The notes beneath the pieces were generated by a model, which saw only the letters and a list, made by a program, of their open reading frames with translations, was not told the DNA's origin and ran no database searches. A DNA stretch of 64,000 nucleotides from Candidatus Nomurabacteria bacterium (lineage in GTDB: Bacteria; Patescibacteriota; Minisyncoccia; Phycocordibacterales; UBA918), in NCBI GenBank assembly GCA_020632095.1, contig JACKGF010000002.1, forward strand, positions 16,502 through 80,501, written 5' to 3'. Positions 41,080-51,457 of the stretch are shown piece by piece. Positions within the stretch are counted from its first letter, which is position 1, and every line of letters begins with the position of its first letter. Made by a program: the position numbers and the translations under genes.

Positions 41080-42123
41080 ATGACAGTTTTTGGAACAGAA
41101 ATTGGTCTCACAGAACTGGTGGTGGGGCTGCTCATTGCCATATTTAGCATCGTGATCATAGCAGCCATATTAATGTTCACGTATGCAACTATGCGCTCAA
41201 AAGGAGGCGCATCCAGTGGAACCACTTCGACCAAACCTTCGAAAGGGGGTTCTGGTCTGACAGTGTTCTTGCAACATCCAGCCGTAATAGCGTTGCTGTT
41301 CTCGGCCTTCGCTATTGCACTCTTCACCTATTGGGGAGATCTACGAAACACCTTCTCTTCGGTATCCAACCAGTCGGCCGGAAAAACAACCTACTGGGTA
41401 ATCGGTGTGGGGGTGCTTCTAGCCTTCGCGCTGAGTCGTAAATTCTCCTGGTTGAAGTCACCCCTGTTTTTTGGGGTGATTGTGGCCATTGGTTACTTCT
41501 GGCAAGACCTGAAGGAGCCAGTAGCAACGTGGTTGGCAACGACCACGAACAGCAACAAAGTACTGGGGGTAGCAGCAGAAGAAATCATGGACTGGATGTG
41601 GGTAATTTTCCCACTCCTAGGACTGGTATGGTTTTTCTTTCTACGGGAAAAGAAGGGGGGTAGTTCCACGGACTTCAACCTCTTCGACATCCTTGTGCTT
41701 TCGCCCATTTCTGTGTCAATAATCTGTACAATGGCAGTGGTAGTCATGATTGTCAGCAAGTGTACAGGCACCACCGAGGCAATCACGAGCACTAACACCC
41801 AAACGCCAAACCGGTGCAGGCTGATTCAGGACCTCAACCACACCGACACTGACGTTGGGATCGCCGCCAAATGCATATCTATCAACAAAGACTCACGGTA
41901 TTTTACCCAGCGTCCAGTTGAAACAGGGTACAAGCTGATGGTGGATTTCCGAAAGGAAGACAAGGAACGCAACCCGGAAATCTATACTGGCCGATACGCT
42001 AGCCAGCTTTTAGTGGCCAGTAGTACGCAAGCTGGGATGGTGCGGTTCGTCGTAAACAACGAGGAACTGAAAAGAATGGGAGTGGAAACCGTCAACATCA
42101 TCATACGGTCAATCCCCCAATAG
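41080..42123 (+). CDS. hypothetical polytopic membrane protein
   Basis: Multiple TM helices. The annotated ORF begins at 41047 but the start at MTVFGTEIG is preferred. Confidence 0.45.
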   Translation: MTVFGTEIGLTELVVGLLIAIFSIVIIAAILMFTYATMRSKGGASSGTTSTKPSKGGSGLTVFLQHPAVIALLFSAFAIALFTYWGDLRNTFSSVSNQSAGKTTYWVIGVGVLLAFALSRKFSWLKSPLFFGVIVAIGYFWQDLKEPVATWLATTTNSNKVLGVAAEEIMDWMWVIFPLLGLVWFFFLREKKGGSSTDFNLFDILVLSPISVSIICTMAVVVMIVSKCTGTTEAITSTNTQTPNRCRLIQDLNHTDTDVGIAAKCISINKDSRYFTQRPVETGYKLMVDFRKEDKERNPEIYTGRYASQLLVASSTQAGMVRFVVNNEELKRMGVETVNIIIRSIPQ

Positions 42124-42253
42124 ACCAACTCCTTCAACCGTTCTTTATTAGGTCAATTGACCACCAAGAACCCTTGCTTCGGCAGGGTTCTTTTTTTACA
42201 TCTATTTCTATGTTAGTAGCAATAACCAACTAAATTAATCCTCTAATTAAACC

Positions 42254-42589
42254 TTAAGGAATAGTGAAAGCAGTAGCACAAGCTGGGCTAAAGTTTGGAT
42301 CTCTAGCACACTCAAGTTGCAAATCAAGCGCAAATGTTGCTACAAAGATAGATAGTATCGCATAAGCAGAAATCATGATAACTAAACCGATAATCCCAAA
42401 AGTAATATGCTTAACACCTTCCTGACGAGCAGTTTCATTGGTGGCATTCATGAAATATTGAGCACAACCATATAAAAAAATCAAAAAAGCAACTGCGCTA
42501 AGAAGAGCTATTAAAGGAAAGATGATGATATCATTCAACTTTTCGACAAACTTAGCTGCTTCTGCTACAGCCATTTGTTGTGGTGACAT
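42254..42589 (-). CDS. small pilin-like two-helix protein (paralog family)
   Basis: Hydrophobic helix-YGCAQYF-ETARQEGVK-hydrophobic helix. Same architecture as the other five paralogs. Confidence 0.5.
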   Translation of the reverse strand: MSPQQMAVAEAAKFVEKLNDIIIFPLIALLSAVAFLIFLYGCAQYFMNATNETARQEGVKHITFGIIGLVIMISAYAILSIFVATFALDLQLECARDPNFSPACATAFTIP

Positions 42590-42696
42590 ATGAAAATATT
42601 ATCACAAATACTAATTCTCCCTCGATAAGTTATCCCACGATTTTAGGCACCAAAAAAAGCCGCGTAAGCGGCTTTTTTGTAATTCTGTAACCGAAA

Positions 42697-43101
42697 TTAA
42701 GGAATTAGATTAGTCTTAGGCACGATAGTTGGATCAATAACCTCACCACTTAGACCAAAGAAAGTTGAGACAAGGTTGATGATTCCCCAGAAGACAATAA
42801 TCAAAACAAAGCCGAGAATTGAGTAAATCATCAAACTCTTTCCTGCTTCTTTCTTTTCGTCGTTGGCGCCACCAGCAATAAAGTACTGGAACATTCCCCA
42901 AACAAATACCAAGAAACCAATACCGATAATAAATGGAATGACTGTTCCATTAACAAAGGTCAGGATGTTAGTCAGATAAGTTTTCATCACATTGTTTGCT
43001 GGATCAAAACCACTACCAGCGGTTCCTCCACCTTGAGCTGATACCAAAGCTGGCAAAACCAACAAAACTGAACTTCCTATAAAATAACCAATTTTTTTCA
43101 T
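42697..43101 (-). CDS. secreted pilin-like two-helix protein (VirB2/TrbC-type; CPR 'T4SS pilin'-like family)
   Basis: Signal peptide, then GMFQYFIAGGANDEKKEAGKSL between two TM helices. Confidence 0.55.
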   Translation of the reverse strand: MKKIGYFIGSSVLLVLPALVSAQGGGTAGSGFDPANNVMKTYLTNILTFVNGTVIPFIIGIGFLVFVWGMFQYFIAGGANDEKKEAGKSLMIYSILGFVLIIVFWGIINLVSTFFGLSGEVIDPTIVPKTNLIP

Positions 43102-43270
43102 ACGTATTTTTTTATAAAATTAATAACGTTATAACGTTCCCTTAATTATAGACTACTAACTTAGTCCAACAATGTAACTTATTCACTTAGTGTGTAAAAC
43201 TATATTTTTACGTATATGGATAAGTTTCCCTATTATACACTAAATTCATGTTTTGTAAAGGGGTAAGACC

Positions 43271-43531
43271 TTACCGTAAGAAAGTTTGCTGGATCATTAT
43301 CACAATCCCCCAGGCGCTGATCATTAATACAAAAACAATTACTGCTGCAGTAGCGTATTTTTTACCCTCTTCACGTTTTGTCTCTTCACCAGCATTTATC
43401 ACCCAAGAATCAAACATTTTCCAGATTAGATAAAGAAACAAAACTCCAAATAAAGCTGGAATTAAGATATCAATAAAATCTATAATGTAATTCACTAAAT
43501 CTGCAAAGGTTGTTGGTGTTGTTGGTGTCAT
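43271..43531 (-). CDS. small pilin-like two-helix protein (paralog)
   Basis: Helix-WKMFDSWVINAGEETKREEGKK-helix. Confidence 0.45.
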   Translation of the reverse strand: MTPTTPTTFADLVNYIIDFIDILIPALFGVLFLYLIWKMFDSWVINAGEETKREEGKKYATAAVIVFVLMISAWGIVIMIQQTFLR

Positions 43532-43539
43532 AAGTTAAT

Positions 43540-43905
43540 CTAAGGCGCTGCAAAAGCTGTTACTAAATTAGAGATTATTTTCGAAATAGCTACTGCTCCG
43601 ATAATTAGAACCCCACCGATAATAGCGTAAGTGAGCGCTTGTGAAGCTTCTTGTATCTGGGCTGGATTCCCTCTTGCCACCACATACTTGAATCCAGAAT
43701 AGATAATAAAGAAAACTACAATTGGAATAGCAATGACAATTATTACATTCAATATAGCCACCAAAAAGTCTTCAATACTATTGAACGCTAGTGGGTTTTT
43801 GAAAGAGTAACTAATTTGAGCATTTGCTAACTGCGGAAAAACCAACAAAGTAAACACGACCATATTTAAAGCGACCGTGTGTAAATTATTAAATATTTTT
43901 TTCAT
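43540..43905 (-). CDS. secreted pilin-like two-helix protein (paralog)
   Basis: Signal peptide, then SGFKYVVARGNPAQIQEASQAL between two TM helices. Closest to the N-domains of the 9905/10969 proteins. Confidence 0.55.
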   Translation of the reverse strand: MKKIFNNLHTVALNMVVFTLLVFPQLANAQISYSFKNPLAFNSIEDFLVAILNVIIVIAIPIVVFFIIYSGFKYVVARGNPAQIQEASQALTYAIIGGVLIIGAVAISKIISNLVTAFAAP

Positions 43906-43924
43906 GATTAAAATTTATTATGTG

Positions 43925-45241
43925 CTAATACTTCTCTGTTAACCTACCAGACACATCCGTCACAGCCGATGACAAGTCTCGACGATTTTCATTAATATCT
44001 TTGGTCATAGTTGTAAATATTTGGTTAGTAGCTTCTAAATCTGGGTTCAACCAACCAAAAGTATACACGGCTGACTGATAGGTTTTTCTCCCAAAAATGT
44101 CATTGCTACCTTGAGTGACATAATTTCTAAACACCGGAACCATATTATTGTATATTGCTATCTGATTTGCCACCTCAACACTACCAAGCTTTTTTAACAC
44201 TTCAGTTGCACCGGCTATATTATCGGTAGATTTTAGCATTGAGAGCGCATAAAATCGCCCATATGTTCTACGAGTCGCTCCGGTATCGTTCTGCGGTATT
44301 TCTGCAATGTCAAAGCTCAAATTAGGGTTTATTTTTTCAATCTGCCTGCCTTCGCTACCATAACCAAAATACAATGCTAAATCTTCAGAGGTGAACCTAG
44401 CTCTATCTTCTGTAAAAGACCGATTCCATGAATATAAAGTGTTATTAGGTTTACTGAACCGAGTAAAGAAATCTGCTGCAGTACTGAGCGGGTCACCACT
44501 TGCTCCTAAAGACAGTTGTAGTTGAACTGAATAGAAACCTTTACTATCTTCAAACACTAGCTTTGAGCCGTTTTGCATCATTAAAGCTGAAATGACTCCA
44601 AAAGCGTTTCTAACGTTACTGTATTCACCCATCGCAACCACACTTTTTCTGACAGTACGGTCTGAATCACGCTGAATCAAAGTTGGGAAATATGTGTTTA
44701 CTAAGGATTCCCAAGTACGCGGTGGCTCTAAATATCCCACATCTGAAAGAGTGTTTTTATTCCAATACATCATTAGGGGGTCAACAGCGATTGGGTAACC
44801 ATACATTCCATCTGATAGAGCAAATATTTTTGTTCCATCAAGATAAAATTCATTAATATTATTTCTTGGAAAGACAAATTCTGCAGAACCAAAGTAAGGA
44901 ATAGGCTGAATGCGTCTACGCATTTCTACAAGTTTTTCATGAGATAAAAGCACTAAATCTGGACCTGTCTTGTCTGCCAAAGCATTTACAAAAACGTTAT
45001 CAAACTCTTCAGGACTAAAATACTTATACGTTACGATACGATACGATTCGTCTTGCTCAGACAATAAGCGTATAGCGTCATTCACACCATCAGCTGGCAT
45101 TGTTCCCCAGATTGTCACCGGAGCGTTGATAGTCGCTGGTTCACCTCCACCACCTTTAAATAAAGCCAACAAAGACAAGGCACCAATAAATAAAGCGATA
45201 AAAATTATAACTAAGGATAGTTCAAAGGGTCGGAGTTTCAT
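43925..45241 (-). CDS. membrane-anchored extracellular solute-binding-protein-like protein
   Basis: N-terminal TM anchor followed by a ~400-aa periplasmic-type domain (PVTIWGTMPADGVNDAIRLL...) resembling an ABC SBP family 1. Confidence 0.45.
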   Translation of the reverse strand: MKLRPFELSLVIIFIALFIGALSLLALFKGGGGEPATINAPVTIWGTMPADGVNDAIRLLSEQDESYRIVTYKYFSPEEFDNVFVNALADKTGPDLVLLSHEKLVEMRRRIQPIPYFGSAEFVFPRNNINEFYLDGTKIFALSDGMYGYPIAVDPLMMYWNKNTLSDVGYLEPPRTWESLVNTYFPTLIQRDSDRTVRKSVVAMGEYSNVRNAFGVISALMMQNGSKLVFEDSKGFYSVQLQLSLGASGDPLSTAADFFTRFSKPNNTLYSWNRSFTEDRARFTSEDLALYFGYGSEGRQIEKINPNLSFDIAEIPQNDTGATRRTYGRFYALSMLKSTDNIAGATEVLKKLGSVEVANQIAIYNNMVPVFRNYVTQGSNDIFGRKTYQSAVYTFGWLNPDLEATNQIFTTMTKDINENRRDLSSAVTDVSGRLTEKY

Positions 45242-45243
45242 AT

Positions 45244-45792
45244 TTAAGCTTTACGAAAGGCTAACCCGTAATGATGATCACCAGCCGGGTACTCGCGCTC
45301 GAAGACGAAGCCGTTTGATTCAAACAAAGCTGTCACTTCAGAAGAAGACATGACGTGACCAGGCTGAGGACCCATACCAGCAAAGGATTCGGTCCAATCA
45401 ACAACAAAGAAATTACCCCCAGATCTTAAGGTTCTGGACATTTCTTTAATTGAAGCCTCTTTATCTTCGATTAAAAATAAAGTATTGACTAGTACTGCCA
45501 CATCAAGTTCGCCAGTACTTATCTTGATTCCTTCCGGCTCTTCGAGATCACACCAAATAGGGTAAATATTATGCAGGCCTTGAGCACGGGACTGTTCACC
45601 TAATTTTTCTACTAGCGCTTTTTGGATTTCACAGACATAAACTCTACCCGACTCACCGACAGCATTAGATAGTGTTTTCATAAAAAAGCCACTACCAGCA
45701 CCGAAATCGGCCACGGTGTCGCCTTCCTTAATGTGAAAATGCGAAGCTACCACTTCCGGTATAACAAACCGCCCGCCAATTGGTGTATTCAT
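45244..45792 (-). CDS. class I SAM-dependent methyltransferase
   Basis: Motif I VADFGAGSGFF and motif post-I/II. Confidence 0.8.
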   Translation of the reverse strand: MNTPIGGRFVIPEVVASHFHIKEGDTVADFGAGSGFFMKTLSNAVGESGRVYVCEIQKALVEKLGEQSRAQGLHNIYPIWCDLEEPEGIKISTGELDVAVLVNTLFLIEDKEASIKEMSRTLRSGGNFFVVDWTESFAGMGPQPGHVMSSSEVTALFESNGFVFEREYPAGDHHYGLAFRKA

Positions 45793-45838
45793 ATGTAAGT
45801 ATTATACATGGTTGAGAGAGAGATTTTGGTAGGGATGT

Positions 45839-45879
45839 GAAAAGTGGGGTGGCTTCCTCCGGAAGCCACCCCACTTTTC
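45839..45879. terminator. perfect 17-bp-stem hairpin
   Basis: aaagtggggtggcttcc-tccg-gaagccaccccacttt. Confidence 0.6.
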
Positions 45880-45888
45880 TTCTACACT

Positions 45889-46322
45889 TTACGTCCAGGA
45901 ATTTGCCCTAGGGAAATATCTGGGACCATTGGTATAGCTGGTTCATTTACAGCTCGCTACCAGCATATTCTCCCTCGGTAGGTCTGAGCTATGCATACAG
46001 AGATACATTCCTTTCAGTCATTATTTTCCAACAATCTGCTTTTCAGTCTTTACTCGTTTACGTCCAGGAATTTGCCCTAGGGAAATATCTGGGACCATTG
46101 GTATAGCTGGTTCATTTACAGCTCGCTACCAGCATATTCTCCCTCGGTAGGTCTGAGCTATGCATACAGAGATACATTCCTTTCAGTCATTATTTTCCAA
46201 CAATCTGCTTTTCAGTCTTTACTCGTTTACGTCCAGGAATTTGCCCTAGGGAAATATCTGGGACCATTGGTATAGCTGGTTCATTTACAGCTCGCTACCA
46301 GCATATTCTCCCTCGGTAGGTC
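45889..46322. repeat. 169-bp tandem direct repeat, 2.6 copies, non-coding
   Basis: Copies start at 45889, 46058 and 46227 and are identical. The third copy is truncated. 169 is not a multiple of 3 and no ORF is present. Confidence 0.9.
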
Positions 46323-46379
46323 GAATCTGCTGAAGCGCCTGTATAAATTCGCAATAGTCGCCGACGGCTCCTTTGCTCA

Positions 46380-48848
46380 TTAAACAAATACAACACTAGC
46401 GATCTCGTCACCAGCGCGCATCTTCATCACTCGCACTCCTTGAGTTTGACGACCGAGGGTTGGGACATCCTTAAGTGGCAACTTAATCACTTGACCCTTC
46501 TTGCTCATAATCACCAACTCTCCTTCCATACGCTCTTCCCCAGTTACAATCAAACCACGAACGATTTTTCCAGTCTTACTAGTTACTTTAGCTGTCTTAA
46601 TACCAGAACCACCACGCTTTTGGGTCTTATACTCCTTAGCTGGAGTCGATTTACCATAACCAAGCTCAGTCACAATCAACACCTCCCTATCTTTATCGCC
46701 TGATTTTAGAACCTCAGCCGACACAATAATGTCACCCTTAACCAACTTCATACCAGTTACTCCGGCCGCTGTTCGCCCCATTTGTCTAATATCAGTCTCC
46801 TTAAATCGGATTGCCTGACCTTTTTGCGTAATTAGAGACACCTCATCACCCTTACCAACAAACTGCGCTGCTATGAGTGAGTCACCTTCTCGCAAAGTAA
46901 TCGCAATCAAACCACTACGACGCACATCTTTAAATGAAGCTGCGTCACTCTTCTTAGCCACACCATCTTTAGTAACCATCATAAGTGACCAATCACCAGC
47001 CCAATCTTCTTTCCGAACAGCCAGCACAGAAGTTATCTTTTCTTCAGAACTTAACGACAGGAAGTTCATAATAGACTTACCTTTAGTGGCTCGTCTTCCT
47101 TCTGGAATCTCATACATCTTGCATTGGAAAACTTTTCCACCATCAGTGAAGAATAGTAGGTCACTGTGAGCTGACGTGGTAAGTAAAGTGGTTACCATAT
47201 CCTCCTCCTTGGTATTTAGGTCGACCACCCCTACTCCTCCACGTTTTTGGGTTTTGTATTCAGTTGGGTTTGTACGTTTTACGTAGCCACCCTTGGTAAG
47301 TACCAGCACACTTTCGTCATCTGGAATCAGGTCCTCTTGACTCATTTGTTTAACCCCTCCCTTAACAATCTTGGTCCGACGATCGTCACCAAACTTATCA
47401 GCCACTTCTTGTAATTCAGTTTTAACGATATTCATCATTTTAGCCTTACTTTTCAGAATAGCTTCTAGTTCTTTAATCAGTTTCTGAATCATTGCTAACT
47501 CATCTTCAATCTTCTTGCGTTCCAAGCCAGCCAACTTCTGCAACCGCATATCAAGAATCGCTTGAGCCTGAATATCTGAGAATTTAAACTCTTTCATTAA
47601 AGCCGCGTGAGCCGTCGGTACATCCTTTGAAGCACGAATTAGCTTGATAATTTTGTCGATATGATCAAGCGCTTTCTTTAGACCAAGCAAAATATGTTCG
47701 CGGTCTTTAGCCTTCCCTAAATCATACTCGGTCCGACGACGAATCACTTCTGCTCGGTGCTTGATATATTCCTGCAAAATACCCTTCAAAGATAAAGTTT
47801 GTGGAATACCGTTCACCAAAGCTACCATGTTGTAGTGGAAAGTATCTTCTAGTTGGGTGTGCTTGTAGAGTTTATTTAAAACTGTTTGTGGCTGAGCACC
47901 AACCTTCAACTCAATTACTACTCGAATATCAGAAGTTGACTCATCCCGCATTTCTCGGATACCTTCAATCTTTTTTTCTCGGACCAAATTAGCAATCTTT
48001 TCTTGCATGTCAGCCTTATTGACTCGGAACGGAATTGAAGTAATCACAATTGAGAAAGCTCCCCGTTTATCTTCAACGATTTCCGCCTCACCGCGCACCA
48101 CAACACCACCCCGTCCATTTGCATAGGCTTGAGCTATAGCTTTCTTATCAAAGGCAATTCCGCCAACTGGAAAGTCTGGACCCTGAACATGCTTAAGCAG
48201 GTCATCAGTTGATGCTTCCGGATCATCAATCAAATGATTAGTGGCCGCTACCACCTCACGCAGGTTGTGTGGGGGAATATTAGTTGCCATTCCAACGGCA
48301 ATACCAAGTGAACCTAGTAAAAGCAAATTAGGAGCAGCTGCTGGTAATACCGTTGGTTCCTTCTTAGTACCATCAAAGTTTGGTCGCCAGTCAACCGTGT
48401 CTTTCTCTAAATCACGAAGCATTTCCTCGGAAATTTTGGACATCTTAGCCTCAGTGTAACGATAAGCCGCCGCACTATCGCCGTCGATGGAACCGAAGTT
48501 ACCCTGCCCTAAAACCAGTGGATAACGTGTGGAAAAACCCTGTGCCAACTTAACCATTGCCTCATACACAGCCGAGTCTCCATGAGGGTGAAAACTACCA
48601 AGAACGTCTCCTACTACAGTCGCCGATTTCTTGAACTTTGCTGTAGAGGTCAATCCGTTTAGACGCATTGAGTATAAAATACGACGGTGAACCGGTTTTA
48701 AACCATCTCGCACATCAGGCAAAGCCCGTTGCGTAATAACAGACATCGCATAATCGAGATACGCTGTCTCCATTTCGCCTGCAATACTTTGCATTACGAT
48801 TCCTTTTCTTGGGTCGATTGATTCCTGGGCTGGTGACTTTTTCGGCAT
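46380..48848 (-). CDS. gyrA: DNA gyrase subunit A
   Basis: Active-site Tyr region (AAMRYTE), QRDR motif, and C-terminal beta-pinwheel repeats. Confidence 0.95.
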   Translation of the reverse strand: MPKKSPAQESIDPRKGIVMQSIAGEMETAYLDYAMSVITQRALPDVRDGLKPVHRRILYSMRLNGLTSTAKFKKSATVVGDVLGSFHPHGDSAVYEAMVKLAQGFSTRYPLVLGQGNFGSIDGDSAAAYRYTEAKMSKISEEMLRDLEKDTVDWRPNFDGTKKEPTVLPAAAPNLLLLGSLGIAVGMATNIPPHNLREVVAATNHLIDDPEASTDDLLKHVQGPDFPVGGIAFDKKAIAQAYANGRGGVVVRGEAEIVEDKRGAFSIVITSIPFRVNKADMQEKIANLVREKKIEGIREMRDESTSDIRVVIELKVGAQPQTVLNKLYKHTQLEDTFHYNMVALVNGIPQTLSLKGILQEYIKHRAEVIRRRTEYDLGKAKDREHILLGLKKALDHIDKIIKLIRASKDVPTAHAALMKEFKFSDIQAQAILDMRLQKLAGLERKKIEDELAMIQKLIKELEAILKSKAKMMNIVKTELQEVADKFGDDRRTKIVKGGVKQMSQEDLIPDDESVLVLTKGGYVKRTNPTEYKTQKRGGVGVVDLNTKEEDMVTTLLTTSAHSDLLFFTDGGKVFQCKMYEIPEGRRATKGKSIMNFLSLSSEEKITSVLAVRKEDWAGDWSLMMVTKDGVAKKSDAASFKDVRRSGLIAITLREGDSLIAAQFVGKGDEVSLITQKGQAIRFKETDIRQMGRTAAGVTGMKLVKGDIIVSAEVLKSGDKDREVLIVTELGYGKSTPAKEYKTQKRGGSGIKTAKVTSKTGKIVRGLIVTGEERMEGELVIMSKKGQVIKLPLKDVPTLGRQTQGVRVMKMRAGDEIASVVFV

Positions 48849-48902
48849 ACAAACAAGCTATTCAGAAATTATTAAGTTAAATTACGCGCAAGTATAACAC
48901 AT

Positions 48903-49391
48903 TTACAGATTTGGTAGTGTACTTGAGCTAGAAGTTGGTCTAGTAGTGATAATACGTACTTCTCTTTGCTCAACACCAGAATCAGGTTTTGTTGCCGTAC
49001 TAATAGTAGTAGTGGTTGATACGCTATCTGATTCATTGTTTACAAAAGAGGTGGTTGAAGTGGTGGCAGCGACTTGATAATCAGCTGAACTTGCACGATA
49101 AGCTTGTGCCTGTGCTTCTAGTTGCGCTTCGATGTCGGATTCTTCTTTTGACTTATCTGGCGCTGCTTCTGGTATTGAGGACACTTGTTTACCAAGCTTA
49201 TCCATAAACTGAGACATTAAACCTGGTTCATCTGGATTAACCCTACTGTCTATCTCAGCCATCCGACCGGGTACACCGTAAAGCCAAAAAGCAAAAATTA
49301 AAGCAGTAAATGTCCCTGCTAAACCAAGGGCAAATTTATCCCGAACATGTTTTGGCTGTTGTCTGATTTTTGTAATCGTCTTACGAATCAT
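48903..49391 (-). CDS. hypothetical membrane-anchored protein with an S/T-rich tail
   Basis: One N-terminal TM helix, an acidic middle region and a Ser/Thr-rich C-terminus. Confidence 0.45.
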   Translation of the reverse strand: MIRKTITKIRQQPKHVRDKFALGLAGTFTALIFAFWLYGVPGRMAEIDSRVNPDEPGLMSQFMDKLGKQVSSIPEAAPDKSKEESDIEAQLEAQAQAYRASSADYQVAATTSTTSFVNNESDSVSTTTTISTATKPDSGVEQREVRIITTRPTSSSSTLPNL

Positions 49392-49398
49392 AATGTAA

Positions 49399-50019
49399 CT
49401 AAACCTTCAAAATTACCACTTCGCCGGACATGGCACTAACGTCTTTTTTCTTTAGGGTTAGTTTATCAACTGGTTTTAGACCTTCTATACTCTCTTCTTT
49501 GAGAAAGGTTTTGAGAGCGGCGGCGTCATACTGCATTGGAATAATAAGCTTAGCTTCAAGTTTAACAGCCAACTTGGAAGCTTGAGGCACTTCTAGGATG
49601 TCTCCGCCACCAATTGGTAGAAACAAAATGTCTATATCACCAAACTCACCTAGAATCTTTGGGTCTATTTCTGGATCATTCAAGGCACCGAGAAAGATGA
49701 TATTCGTATCCTCGAGATGAACTTGGTAAATAGTGTTGTAATGATCTTGTTTATCGTAAATAGTTTTGACGCCAAAACCACGAGCGGTCACCTGACCAAT
49801 CTCGTATTCGCCTGGACCGTCAACCACAAAAGGTTGTTTTGAACCATGGGCTACTTGTTCGACACCATTAAAATCTGGGTGCCACATAGTGACGAAGGCC
49901 ACATCGGCGCCAAATTTAACTGACTCTAATTTTGACTGCTTTGCAATTGGATTGAAGGCTATGGTCGTGCCACCAAAAGTTAATTTGAGACATTGACCGC
50001 CGTGATATGAAATAACCAT
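49399..50019 (-). CDS. MBL-fold metallo-hydrolase
   Basis: The N-terminus MVISYHGGQCLKLTFGGTTIAFNP is typical of UlaG-like MBL proteins. The annotated ORF extends to 50199 through a GC hairpin and a promoter-like region, so the start at 50019 is preferred. Confidence 0.65.
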   Translation of the reverse strand: MVISYHGGQCLKLTFGGTTIAFNPIAKQSKLESVKFGADVAFVTMWHPDFNGVEQVAHGSKQPFVVDGPGEYEIGQVTARGFGVKTIYDKQDHYNTIYQVHLEDTNIIFLGALNDPEIDPKILGEFGDIDILFLPIGGGDILEVPQASKLAVKLEAKLIIPMQYDAAALKTFLKEESIEGLKPVDKLTLKKKDVSAMSGEVVILKV

Positions 50020-50192
50020 AGTGCGTACAGTATACGACAAACCGGCCGGAACGCGAAGCGTTCCGGCCCCAAACCCCAAACAACCAAAACTTCCCATAAT
50101 TCTAGAAGCTGAAAATAATAACCATTTAGGGTTCGGAATACTATGAATTTCGAACCTTAGACCAGTCTCTATATAAAACCCCTCAAAAAGGC

Positions 50193-50220
50193 TTGACAAA
50201 TATTTTATATATGCTAGTAT
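50193..50220 (+). promoter_or_regulatory. sigma70-like promoter at the edge of the GC-rich island
   Basis: TTGACA-N16-TAGTAT lies in AT-rich sequence immediately before the GC jump. Confidence 0.4.
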
Positions 50221-50225
50221 ATAGA

Positions 50226-51329
50226 GGCTTTGAGTTCGAAATGATTCAGGCCGCCCGATTTGGCTTCGCGATTCATTGCGATTGCTCTGCGCGACCTGAC
50301 GTCGAACTTAGGCTGAGGAGAGAGGTAAAGGAGAAATTTTCGCCAATACCTTACGAGTTCCGCTTCGCCCCGTACTGATCTTGAATCAGATGGCGCAGAT
50401 GGACTTGCCGCTCCAAAAAAGGTGGACATGCCTCCCATGTCCGAACTAGTCCAGCGCGCCGCCGAGGCCGCATGTAGCGCTCGCCCGTTTGGGTGCGCTG
50501 GACCACAACCGTTCGAAGTTGGCGCCAGATCATACTGCCGCCGTTTGCTCAGCCGGACATCGCGATTTGCTTTTGTGCATTTGCGCGCTGCCCGCCCGTC
50601 TATAGCAGGCTTCGAACACAACCCACAATGATCACCTCTGCAAGCCCGATCATTTGGATTGGTAAGCAGATACAAACTAAAAGGAGGGGAAAATGCGACA
50701 CCAAACGTCGACCAAAATCTAAATCTCGATGATCGCCGGCCACTAGTTCGCTTCCTCTTGGTAGGCGAACGCAGCACGGCTTCAAATCCAAGAAAAGCCC
50801 CTTCTTATTAAGGAGAAGGATTTCAAACGCTCAAGAGGCGGCGGCACAAATGAGAGGTCCGCCCCCTATGCCTGAGCAATGGCCGTTTACTGGGAGATCC
50901 CCGTCATGTTGGATAAGTACTGACTGGTGGCGCCTCCCTTTCCAATCCCGGCGCTGTCAAGATAAATTGGGATGGAACTCGAGGTCGATGGCTCTTGAGC
51001 CATCAGCCATCGACCTAGCTGGCCGGTCGCTTGCCACGATGCTTCATCTTCGTCGGCGGTCGCGACACCAGCACAAAAGCCCTCCCTCAGCGCCCTGAGG
51101 GAGGCCCTACAATGAAGCGCACGTTGCGCACAACCCTGGGAGCCCCCAGCCATGTTCTTCAACCGATCCGAATAAGCGCTGTCACCGGCGCTAGACAATA
51201 AATGGTGCCCGATCATAGTGGTCGGGATGAACAACCACAAAAGGAGGTAAAAGATGAATTGGCCGTAGCTAAGTTCCCTCGATGACCCGGTTCAGCTGAC
51301 ATAACAGCCACCGGGTCTTTACTTTTTAT
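50226..51329 (+). other. about 1.1 kb GC-rich, ORF-poor, hairpin-dense segment (candidate large structured ncRNA or decayed foreign DNA)
   Basis: No ORF with a plausible start. Many stable stems, including 50449-50460/50492-50503 (12 bp with a G-U pair) and 51079-51106 (a perfect 10-bp stem). It ends with an intrinsic terminator at 51284-51329. Confidence 0.3.
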
Positions 51330-51457
51330 ATTAAAAGTTAATCAAGCAAGCTTGATTAACCATACAAAACCCCACACATACCATTGACTTTCTCACATTT
51401 TCGTGTATAATAATTCAAATATTGCACACCCTGTTCTACAACAACAAAGGAGAAATA

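Noticed and set aside
45889-46322. tRNA-like genes inside the 169-bp repeat (gcatagctcag... and ggtatagctggttca... resemble D-arm and T-arm sequences)
   Set aside because: I could not complete a cloverleaf on either strand, so this is likely chance resemblance. A tRNA-scan would settle it.
49399-50199. Full-length 266-aa version of the MBL-fold ORF
   Set aside because: The N-terminal 60 aa would be translated through a strong GC hairpin (50043-50069) and a promoter-like AT-rich tract. MBL proteins typically begin at the internal MVISYHGG.
50214-51240. Long ORFs in the GC-rich segment (50214-50777(-), 50887-51240(-), 50422-50631(+), 50850-51098(+)) as genes
   Set aside because: GC-rich DNA is stop-poor, so all six frames are open. 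None has a plausible RBS or start, and their products are low-complexity Arg/Pro/Ala-rich. A frameshifted foreign gene remains possible and is stated in the finding.
50226-51329. tmRNA, RNase P RNA, rRNA fragment or group II intron
   Set aside because: I could not find the tmRNA tRNA-like ends (GGGG...TTCGAC / ...CTCCACCA). I also could not find the RNase P GGAAAGTCCGGGCTCC core, universal 16S/23S motifs, or a group II domain V (GAGCCGTATG...GTACGGTTC). This is by eye only, and a covariance-model scan is needed.
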